From assembly GCA_937863535.1 (NCBI GenBank), contig CALMGB010000039.1, positions 1 to 36,986 of the forward strand: DNA of 36,986 bases. Reading direction: 5' to 3'. Position 1 is the stretch's first letter. Every line of letters starts with the position of its first letter. The notes below the pieces were generated by a model, which was not told the origin of the DNA, did not search any database, and saw only the letters and a program-made list of their open reading frames with translations. Made by a program: the position numbers and the translations under genes. Below, in pieces: positions 29,534 through 36,986 of the stretch. Origin of the DNA: an uncultured Caulobacteraceae bacterium. Its GTDB lineage: Bacteria; Pseudomonadota; Alphaproteobacteria; Caulobacterales; Caulobacteraceae.

Positions 29534-30907
29534 TCAGGCGGACGCCGGGACGAGGACGCTGCGGCGCGAAGCCTCGATCCATCCCAAAATGACGCACAGC
29601 AGGACAGCAATGACGCCGAACGCGCCCGCGCCGCAGAAGAACAACCCATAGGCTTGGATGAGGGCGCGGCCATGGCCCAGGCTCAACACTACGGCGCCCG
29701 ACCAGCCCTTGAGCAGCTTGCCCGACCAAGCCAGGGCTGAAGTGAGCAGGGCGTATTGGGTCGCGGTGTATCCAGTCTGCGTCAATGTCGACATGTAGGC
29801 GATCAAGGCTACACCCGCAAAATTCATCACAAAGTCGTCAAAGGCCATCAGGCCTGAGAACACCGGCAGGTTCGGTCCGGTAAGCACCAGCACCGCGAAG
29901 GCCGCCACCGCCAATGGCTGCAGCACCGCGCCTGCAATCAGCGCCGGCATGTGCCCGAACCGTGCCGCGAACAGCCCCCCGGCTGCAATGCCGAGAAGGG
30001 TGAACGGCAGCCCGATCGCCAGCCTCACCCCCGCCACCACGCTCTTATGCAGTCCCACCTGGACGTAGAAGGGATTGATTACCGGGCCGCGCAGGTAGTC
30101 GGACAGGTGATAGGCGCTCACCGTCAGCAGGATCAACAGAGCCAGCGGTCCCCACTGCCGGAAAAAGGCGACGAACGGGCCAACCACAGCGTCCGCGATG
30201 CGCGCCGGCCCAAGGCCAATCCGGGCATTCCGGTCGATCGCCGCATCGGCATGCGCAGGCTCATGGGCGAACAGCGTGGCCGTTACGCCGACCACTACGG
30301 CTGCGGCGAACACGCCGTAGGAGGGCGCCCAGCCGATGGCTTCCGCCATGAGCAGGATGACGGAAGCCGTCAGGATAGCGGCGATCTGGTACCCCAGCTT
30401 GTAGCTCGCGGTAAGCAGATCGAGTTCCTCCGCATCAACGGCCGATTCGATGCGCCAAGCGTCGATGACCACGTCCTGGGTGGCGGCCGAGAAGGCGGTG
30501 AGCAGGGCGAAGCCCGTCAGAGCGGCAAGCTTGGTGTGCGGGTCGCTGGCCGCCATGCCGGCCAGCCCTGCGGCGATCCCCAGCTGAGCCCATAGGATCC
30601 AACCCCGTCTGCGGCCCAGGCGGCGCAGCAGCGGGGGTGGCAGATTGTCCACCACCGCACCCCAGATGAACTTCAGCGAATAAGCCAGGCCGACCCAAGA
30701 CAGATAACCGATCAGCGCCAAGTTCACGTGGCTGTCGCCAAGCCAGTAGCTCAGCGTGTTCCCGATCAGCAGGAAGGGTAGGCCAGACGAGAAGCCGAGC
30801 CCCAGCATCACGGCGACCTTCGGCTTGCCCAGAGCCCGAAGGACGCGGCGAGCGCCCAGGGGCTCGCGCCGGGTAGAGCGGGCGGCTGTGGTCGAAGTTC
30901 CCCTCAC
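29534..30907 (-). CDS. ampG: AmpG family muropeptide MFS permease
   Basis: LGFSSGLP, LGRRRGW, ATQDVVIDAWRIE, YTATQYALL motifs. Confidence 0.9.
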   Translation of the reverse strand: MRGTSTTAARSTRREPLGARRVLRALGKPKVAVMLGLGFSSGLPFLLIGNTLSYWLGDSHVNLALIGYLSWVGLAYSLKFIWGAVVDNLPPPLLRRLGRRRGWILWAQLGIAAGLAGMAASDPHTKLAALTGFALLTAFSAATQDVVIDAWRIESAVDAEELDLLTASYKLGYQIAAILTASVILLMAEAIGWAPSYGVFAAAVVVGVTATLFAHEPAHADAAIDRNARIGLGPARIADAVVGPFVAFFRQWGPLALLILLTVSAYHLSDYLRGPVINPFYVQVGLHKSVVAGVRLAIGLPFTLLGIAAGGLFAARFGHMPALIAGAVLQPLAVAAFAVLVLTGPNLPVFSGLMAFDDFVMNFAGVALIAYMSTLTQTGYTATQYALLTSALAWSGKLLKGWSGAVVLSLGHGRALIQAYGLFFCGAGAFGVIAVLLCVILGWIEASRRSVLVPASA

Positions 30908-32460
30908 TGCGCAGGCTTAGCTGCAGACTCAGGCTTAGGCGAGGGGCGCCGTCGGCGCAGCCCCGCCAGGGTCGCCTCCAGCGCCGATGGGTCCAGAGGC
31001 TTGGTCAGGAAGCCGGTCATGCCCGCCTCGCGGCAGGCTCTACGGTCGTCGTCGAAGGCGTTGGCGGTGAGCGCCGCCATCGGCGTGGCGCACCCGGCGG
31101 CGCGAATGGCCCGGGCGGCGTCCAGGCCGCTCATGCCTGGCATGCGCATGTCCATCAGGATCAGGTCTTAGGCTTGGGCGAGGGCCGCCGCGAGCGCCTC
31201 CTCGCCGGTGGCGGCCCGATCGACCGTGCAGCCGGCGCGGGTGAGCAAGGCCCGGGCGAGCAGGGCGTTGACGGGGTTGTCCTCCGCAAGCAGCACCCTG
31301 AGCCCCGCTGCGGAGTCCATCGGCGTCGCCCGCTCGTCCAGCGGCGCGCCTTCTCGCACCGATGGGGCGGCCGGCCGCCCCACGGCGAGGATGCGCTCGG
31401 CCAGGGAGGTCCGGCGCAGCGGCTTGATCAGGTAGCCGGCGTAGCCCTGCGCCCGCAGGGGCTCGATACGGTCCCTAGCCTCCGGAGCCAGGAGCACCAG
31501 CGCAGGCGGATCGTCGGGCTGCGGCGGAGGAATGTCTGAACCCGCGTCCACGAGCAGCACATCGCAGCGCTCCCGCGCCGCCAGGGTCGCCCCACAGACG
31601 CGGAGCTGGGCCTCCGCAGCGTCGCGCACGATGGGTGAGTGGGTCACCAGATGGACGCGCAGGCCCTCCAGCTCGCCTCGTAAAGCGACGGGGGCGGCGG
31701 CTTCGAAGGTGGCCTCGAACCAGAACCGCGCGCCTTCGCCCGGCGAACTCTCCACCCCGACCTGGCCTTCGAAGGCGTCGGCCAGCCGCTTGACGATGGC
31801 GAGTCCAAGGCCCGCCCCGCCCGCGCGTTCGCCCGCATCGGCCTGCACGAACTCCTTGAAGATGCGGGCCTTGTCGCCCGGATCAAGCCCCGGACCGGTG
31901 TCGGTCACGGTGAACCGCACGCGCAGGCGACCTTCGACATACGGGCCGGCGACATCGGCGGTGACCAGCACCCCGCCCGAGCGCGTGAGCTTCACGGCGT
32001 TTCCGGTCAGGTTGAAGAGGATCTGGCGCAGCCGCCCGTCATCGACGTCCAGCGGCGGCACGCCGGCGCCCACCGCCCAGCCGATCTCGAGCCCTGCCGC
32101 GTGAGCCCGTGGACTGAGCAGTTCGCACACGCCCTGCAGCAGGTGTTCGATGTCGGTCGTCGCCGGCTCGAGCTCGATCCGGCCGGATTCGAGCTTGGCG
32201 AGGTCGAGCATGTCGTTGACCAGGCCAAGCAGATGGTCGGCGCATTCCTGAAGGGTGGCCAGGTAGGCCGTCTGGGTCACGTCAAGGGACGTGGCGGCGA
32301 GCAGCCCAGCCATGCCTATGACGCCGTTCAGAGGCGTGCGGATTTCGTGGCTGAGCAGGGCGAACACCCGTTCGCGTGCACGGGCGCGACTTTCCTCCCA
32401 TCCCGCCTCGGGGTGCTTCGGTTCGGGCTTTTCGCCAAGCCCATCATCGCTTAAGGCCAT
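30904..32460 (-). pseudogene. shkA: ShkA-like soluble hybrid histidine kinase interrupted by in-frame TAA at 31168-31170
   Basis: No TM; SHEIRTPLNG H-box, HATPase, pseudo-receiver GYLIKPLRR, DER linker, then receiver LLAEDN...AQA*DLILMDMRMPG. ORFs 31168-32460 and 30904-31155 are in the same frame; read-through gives 518 aa. Confidence 0.8.
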
Positions 32461-32501
32461 GCCACAATATTGCGCACCTACGGCTTAACACTGTGCCAAG
32501 A

Positions 32502-32529
32502 CACAGAGGGCGGCTATCCGCCCTCTGTG
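32502..32529. repeat. Perfect 12-bp inverted repeat in divergent promoter region
   Basis: CACAGAGGGCGG-ctat-CCGCCCTCTGTG. Confidence 0.7.
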
Positions 32530-32636
32530 AACACACGTATGGGATGCGTCGGATCGTGGTTTTCGATCTGGCGTCTATCTAAGTTCGTATAAGGTCTCAG
32601 CACCGCCATCGAGATGGCGTCATACCAGGAGCTTAG

Positions 32637-33065
32637 ATGGCTGATCGCGCTGATACGAATGGGCCTGACCCGATTGACGTCGCTGTAGGCCTGCGGCTCA
32701 GGACGCTGCGCAAATCCCACGGCATGTCCCAGGAGCAGCTTGGGCGGGCCCTCGGCATCACCTTCCAGCAGATCCAGAAGTACGAACGTGGCACCAACCG
32801 GATATCGGCCTCCATGCTGGTGAAGTCGGCCCGCGCCCTGCAGGTGGCCCCCAACACTTTGCTGCCTGACGAGGGCGACCCGACCCCGCGCTCGCCCGCG
32901 ATCCTGACCTTGCTGGCGCAGCTGCGCGGCGTGGAGGAGCTGGTGGAGACCTACGCCCGGATCAAGTCGCCCCGCCTGCGCCGCGCCGTCCTGCAGCTGT
33001 CCCGTAGCCTGGCCGCGAACGCCGAGGTCGAAGCGCCGACCACGGAGCCGGTCGAGCACGCCTGA
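32637..33065 (+). CDS. XRE-family HTH transcriptional regulator
   Basis: [38 protein letters not shown]. Confidence 0.93.
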   Translation: MADRADTNGPDPIDVAVGLRLRTLRKSHGMSQEQLGRALGITFQQIQKYERGTNRISASMLVKSARALQVAPNTLLPDEGDPTPRSPAILTLLAQLRGVEELVETYARIKSPRLRRAVLQLSRSLAANAEVEAPTTEPVEHA

Positions 33066-33080
33066 GGCGGTTACGGGGCG

Positions 33081-34649
33081 CTAGTCCTGTACATATGGCT
33101 CCAGCTGCGTCTCGAACACCGAGCGAAAGGTGGGCGCGGGACCGTTGCGTAGAGTCGGTTTGCGGTAGATCAGGGCTTCGGCCACATGGACGCGCTGCAC
33201 CGGGCCGGAGCCTTCGAGGTCTGCGATAGTGCGGGCCAGCCGCTTGCTTCGGGTGAAGGCGCGGGCTGAAAAGCCTTGCACCTCCGCCGCTTGGTTGAGC
33301 AGGGCGGTGGCCTTGGCCTCTATGCCGAGCACGCGCTCCAGCGCCTCCCCGTCCAGGCGGGCGTTCAAGGCCTCTCCGAGCTCCTCTTGACGCGCGACCT
33401 GGATGGCCCGGGCGCGGGCGACCCGCGTCGCCGCCTGTTCGGTGCCCTCCGCGGGAGCCGGGAGGGCGAGGTCGGCGGCGGTGACCGGCGGCATCTCCAC
33501 CTGAAGGTCCATGCGGTCCATCAGGGGGCCGGACACGCGGCCCTGGTACTGAAGCTGGCAGCGGGGCGCCTTGCCGCAGGCGCCGCGGCCAGGGCCGCCA
33601 TGCCCGCAACGGCAAGGGTTCATGGCGGCGACCAGTTGCAGGCGCGCGGGATAGCGCACGTGGGCGTTGGCCCGTGCCACCATGACCTCGCCCGTTTCCA
33701 GCGGCGCCCGCAAGGAGTCGAGCACCTGCGGATGGAACTCCGGAAGTTCGTCCAGGAAGAGAATCCCATTGTGCGCGAGCGAGATCTCCCCGGGCTTGGC
33801 CCTGGAGCCCCCGCCGGTGAGTGCGGCCATGCTGGCGGAATGGTGCGGCGAGCGGAAGGGGCGCGCCCGGGTCAGGGCGCCCTTGGCGATCAGGCCAGCC
33901 ACCGAATGGATCATGGAGGTCTCCAGCAGCTCTCTGGGCGAGAGCGGCGGGAGGAGACCCGGCAGGCGCTGGGCCAGCATGGACTTGCCAGATCCTGGCG
34001 GCCCGACCATCAGCAGGTTGTGGCCGCCGGCCGCAGCGATCTCCAGGGCGCGCTTGGCCTGCTCCTGGCCCTTGACGTCCCGCAGATCCGCGACGCCTCC
34101 GCCCTCCAGCACCGGCCCCGGACGAGGCGCGCTCAGGACCTGGGTTCCACGAAGGTGGTTCAGCAGGCTGATCAGGGAGCGGGGCGCCAGGATGCGCACA
34201 TCTCCGGCCCAAGCCGCCTCCGGACCTGAAGCCTCGGGGCAGATGAGGCCCAGCTTGAACTCCGAGGCCGCAACGGCCGCCGGCAGAGCACCCGCAGTGG
34301 GGGCGATCTGGCCGTCCAGGCCCAACTCGCCGAACGCCATCCAGCCGTTCAGCGCGTCGGGAGGAAGGATGCCCATGACCCCCATCATGGCCAGGGCGAT
34401 GGGCAGGTCGTAGTGGCTGCCTTCCTTGGGCAGGTCGGCAGGCGCAAGATTGACGATCAGCCGCTTGGCCGGAAGCGCCAGACCCAGTCCGGTGAAGGCG
34501 GCGCGCACCCGTTCGCGGCTCTCCGCCACGGCCTTGTCGCCAAGGCCGCCCACCACGAAGGCCACCGCGCCAGAGCTGACCTGCACCTCGACATCGACCC
34601 GACGCGCCTCCAGGCCTTCGAACGCCAGGGTGACCACCGGAGCAAGCAT
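33081..34649 (-). CDS. comM: ComM/YifB Mg-chelatase-like AAA+ ATPase
   Basis: VNLAPADLPKEGSHYDLPIA, GPPGSGKS, PHHSAS, LFLDELPEF, AAMNPCRCG. Confidence 0.93.
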   Translation of the reverse strand: MLAPVVTLAFEGLEARRVDVEVQVSSGAVAFVVGGLGDKAVAESRERVRAAFTGLGLALPAKRLIVNLAPADLPKEGSHYDLPIALAMMGVMGILPPDALNGWMAFGELGLDGQIAPTAGALPAAVAASEFKLGLICPEASGPEAAWAGDVRILAPRSLISLLNHLRGTQVLSAPRPGPVLEGGGVADLRDVKGQEQAKRALEIAAAGGHNLLMVGPPGSGKSMLAQRLPGLLPPLSPRELLETSMIHSVAGLIAKGALTRARPFRSPHHSASMAALTGGGSRAKPGEISLAHNGILFLDELPEFHPQVLDSLRAPLETGEVMVARANAHVRYPARLQLVAAMNPCRCGHGGPGRGACGKAPRCQLQYQGRVSGPLMDRMDLQVEMPPVTAADLALPAPAEGTEQAATRVARARAIQVARQEELGEALNARLDGEALERVLGIEAKATALLNQAAEVQGFSARAFTRSKRLARTIADLEGSGPVQRVHVAEALIYRKPTLRNGPAPTFRSVFETQLEPYVQD

Positions 34650-34703
34650 CGCCCGCCCCTACTACTCTAGCGCACTCTGGTTAAGACGCACGCAAGACGT
34701 CAA

Positions 34704-34718
34704 GAACAAATATGGAAC
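34704..34718 (-). promoter_or_regulatory. LexA (SOS) box, alphaproteobacterial type
   Basis: GTTC-catattt-GTTC on minus strand, abutting a TTGACG -35-like hexamer (34698-34703) upstream of comM. Confidence 0.85.
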
Positions 34719-34727
34719 TAAATCTAT

Positions 34728-34742
34728 TTAAGGGGTGGTTAA
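34728..34742 (-). promoter_or_regulatory. CtrA full binding site
   Basis: TTAA-ccacccc-TTAA (TTAA-N7-TTAA) upstream of comM. Confidence 0.75.
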
Positions 34743-34769
34743 TTCTGGAACGTACAGGGTACGATGGCT

Positions 34770-35714
34770 TCAGTTCCGTAGGGCCTCGATACGGTCCCAC
34801 ATGAAGGCGGTGGCGTCGACGCCGGTGAAGCGCTTCAGCTGCTGGGCGCCTGTGGGCGAGGTGACGTTGATTTCCGTGAGATAGTCGCCGATGACGTCCA
34901 CGCCGACGAAGATCAGGCCTCGAGCTTTCAGGTCCGGCCCAATGGTCGCACAGAGCTCTCGGTCTCGGGCGGTGAGCTCAACCGCCTCGGCCCGGCCCCC
35001 CACGTGCAGGTTGGAGCGCACCGCGCCTTCGGCCGGCACGCGGTTGATCACGCCCACGGGCTCGCCGTCCACCAGCAGGATGCGCTTATCCCCCTGGGCT
35101 ATGGCTGGCAGGAAGGCCTGGCAGATCACAGGCTCCCGGTTCAGGGCGAAGTGCAGCTCGAGCAGGGCGTCCAGGTTGCCGTCCCCCGGCTTCAGCCGGG
35201 TGACGCCCGAGCCGCCTCCGCCATACAGCGGCTTCAGGATCATATCCGGGTGGCGGCCGCGGAACTCGACGATGGCGGTCAGGTCGCGCGAGATCAGGGT
35301 GGGCGGCTGCAGCCCCTTGAAGCGGGTGACGAACAGCTTCTCCGGGGCGTTCCGCACCTCGACCGGATCGTTGACCACCAGGGTCCCGGGGTGGATGTGC
35401 TCCAGGATGTGGGTGGCGGTGATGTAGTGCATGTCGAAGGGCGGATCCTGGCGCATGAGCACCACGTCGATGTCCTCGCCCAAGTCCAGCAGCACGGACT
35501 CGCCCAAGGTGTAGTGGTCGCCCGTGGTGGCGTGGACCTGCAGCGGGTGGGCGCGGGCGGTGACGCGACCGTCCTCCAGCGCCAGCCGCTCGGCTTGGTA
35601 GACCCAGAGGCGGTGGCCACGATCCTGGGCGTTCAGGGCCATCAGAACGGTGGTGTCCACCTCCGGATTGGCCAGCTCGATGGGGTCCATCTGGATTGCG
35701 ACGCGCAGCGCCAT
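34770..35714 (-). CDS. gshB: Glutathione synthetase
   Basis: [32 protein letters not shown]; ATG 35714. Confidence 0.97.
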   Translation of the reverse strand: MALRVAIQMDPIELANPEVDTTVLMALNAQDRGHRLWVYQAERLALEDGRVTARAHPLQVHATTGDHYTLGESVLLDLGEDIDVVLMRQDPPFDMHYITATHILEHIHPGTLVVNDPVEVRNAPEKLFVTRFKGLQPPTLISRDLTAIVEFRGRHPDMILKPLYGGGGSGVTRLKPGDGNLDALLELHFALNREPVICQAFLPAIAQGDKRILLVDGEPVGVINRVPAEGAVRSNLHVGGRAEAVELTARDRELCATIGPDLKARGLIFVGVDVIGDYLTEINVTSPTGAQQLKRFTGVDATAFMWDRIEALRN

Positions 35715-35752
35715 GGCGCAGGTCCTCCTGGAAACGGGTGCGACCCTGTAGC

Positions 35753-36574
35753 TCAGTTCAGCCGGCGGCGAACCCTCAAGCTGGCCCATTCGGCCGAACT
35801 GGCGCACAGGCCGCCGAGCGCCTTGGCCCGCTGAAGCGCCTCCAGGGCCCCGGCCAGCCGGCCTTGGCCCTCCCGGGCGGTAGCCACGTCGAGCCAGGGG
35901 CGGTGGTCGCGCGGATCGAGCAGGCCACGGCGAAGCGCCGCCCGCTCGGCTCGCTCATAGTCGCCGGCCCTCATGGCGCGGATGAAGATCAGGCTCTGCA
36001 GGCGAAGCACGATCTGACGATCCCCCGCGGGAACCATCAGCGCGTCCAGCCGGTCGGCCACGCCGGGCATCAGCCCAGCCGACAGCGCGCGCCGGGTCAG
36101 CTCCGAAGGCATGACCACGTCGCCTCCCGAGAACGGGTCCAGGGCCACCGGCCCATCGCTGGTCTCCACGCGCAGCAGGAAATGGCCAGGGAAGTCCACG
36201 CCTGCGATGCTCAAGCCGGCGCGGCGCCCGGCTTCCAGATAGATCAGACCGAGCGCGATCGAGAGCCCGCACCGCCGGTCGCACACCGCGATCAGGTCGG
36301 CGTTGGCAGGATCGTCTGGGGTGAACAGGTCCCCCTTGAGCTGCAGGTCCCCGCCGAGCGCCTCCCCCAGGGCGTCGTCAGGCCGCTCCTTGGGCAGGCG
36401 GTCCAGCAACCTGGCCTGCGCCTCGTCCACGAGCCGGCGGGCGGCGTCGGCCTCGCGGGCGCTGTCTTCGTGCAGGGCGCAGGACAGGGCCGCTTCGTAG
36501 AGCGGGAAACGGGTGTCCGGCGCGGCGCCCGCGGCCGCGAGCGCATCTTCGGCCTGCCGCCGGGTCACGGCCAT
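35753..36574 (-). CDS. SirB1/YchA transglutaminase-like protein with C-terminal TPR-like helices
   Basis: [28 protein letters not shown] motifs. Confidence 0.88.
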   Translation of the reverse strand: MAVTRRQAEDALAAAGAAPDTRFPLYEAALSCALHEDSAREADAARRLVDEAQARLLDRLPKERPDDALGEALGGDLQLKGDLFTPDDPANADLIAVCDRRCGLSIALGLIYLEAGRRAGLSIAGVDFPGHFLLRVETSDGPVALDPFSGGDVVMPSELTRRALSAGLMPGVADRLDALMVPAGDRQIVLRLQSLIFIRAMRAGDYERAERAALRRGLLDPRDHRPWLDVATAREGQGRLAGALEALQRAKALGGLCASSAEWASLRVRRRLN

Positions 36575-36986
36575 GAACCGGGCCCCCTCGCTCCCAGCGC
36601 ACCCCCCCAGGCGTCTGGAACATGCCGTGGAAGCCGACCCGGCGCGAGGGCTAAGAGATCAAGCCGCACCGATGGCGGGACGCCGCCCGTCCGGAACCGT
36701 TCCCCCAGCGCCAGCCCGGCCCGCTGCAAACGCGCCTGCTGGACCGGAGTGACGGCCTCGAGCGCCGCCGGCAGCGTGCGGCGGCGCTTCACCTCCACGA
36801 CGGCCAGGACACCGCCTCGTCGAACGGCGAGATCGACCTCCACGCCGGCCAGCCGCATGCGGAAGCCCAGGATGCGGTAACCGCGGGCCATCAGCCAGAA
36901 GGCGGCGAACACCTCTGCGGCGCGACCCTCGGCCCGTGCCAGACCGCCTCGGTCGCGACGGCGCTGGAGACGGTCGGCGCGGTCGG
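36565..36986 (-). CDS. yraN: YraN/UPF0102 family putative endonuclease, start outside window
   Basis: Frame open to the window edge (..EGRAAEVFAAFWLMARGYRIL..EVDL..VVEVKRR..VRLD). Confidence 0.88.
   Translation of the reverse strand, partial: DRADRLQRRRDRGGLARAEGRAAEVFAAFWLMARGYRILGFRMRLAGVEVDLAVRRGGVLAVVEVKRRRTLPAALEAVTPVQQARLQRAGLALGERFRTGGVPPSVRLDLLALAPGRLPRHVPDAWGGALGARGPGSWP

Noticed and set aside
31168-31170. Programmed recoding (Sec, Pyl or alternative genetic code) at the shkA stop
   Set aside because: The codon is TAA, not TGA or TAG, and TAA is a normal stop for vsr, cysK and hemF here; a point mutation or sequencing error is simpler.
32583-32597. GTTC-N7-GTCT as a LexA box before the XRE gene
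   Set aside because: Second half site has two mismatches; insufficient support.
32514-33059. 181-aa ORF antisense to the XRE regulator
   Set aside because: Shadow of the HTH gene with no independent coding evidence.
34747-34771. GGAAC near the gshB 3' end as an EcfG promoter
   Set aside because: No CGTT at the right spacing and it points antisense into gshB.

Overview
High-GC alphaproteobacterial chromosome segment, very probably Caulobacteraceae (Caulobacter/Phenylobacterium-like, judged from gene content and motifs). It is mostly core genome: tolA(partial)-tolR-tolQ, vsr, cysK, etfAB, a PduO-type adenosyltransferase, HIG1-, YbjN- and UbiK-family genes, ubiA with a METTL20-like lysine methyltransferase, pmbA, gloB, metXW, hemF, an MHS transporter, metK-trmB-msrA, ampG, a ShkA-like hybrid kinase, an XRE regulator, comM, gshB, a SirB1-like gene and yraN(partial). 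At about 18.6-26.8 kb is a general-stress-response (GSR) island: phyK-sigT(ecfG)-nepR/phyR plus small membrane and lipoprotein genes, with seven GGAAC-N16-CGTT-type promoters (five exact, two with one mismatch). Most notable: an in-frame TAA that cuts the ShkA-like kinase just before its terminal phospho-acceptor Asp; a tandem pair of near-identical entericidin-like lipoprotein genes missed by the ORF track; a branched RNA-like structure in the GSR island; a comM promoter with both a LexA box and a full CtrA box; a SahR-like operator at metK; and a degenerate palindromic intergenic repeat. I saw no tRNA, rRNA, CRISPR array, transposase or prophage, and I cannot claim a wholly new system. Family calls are from motif recognition without database searches.
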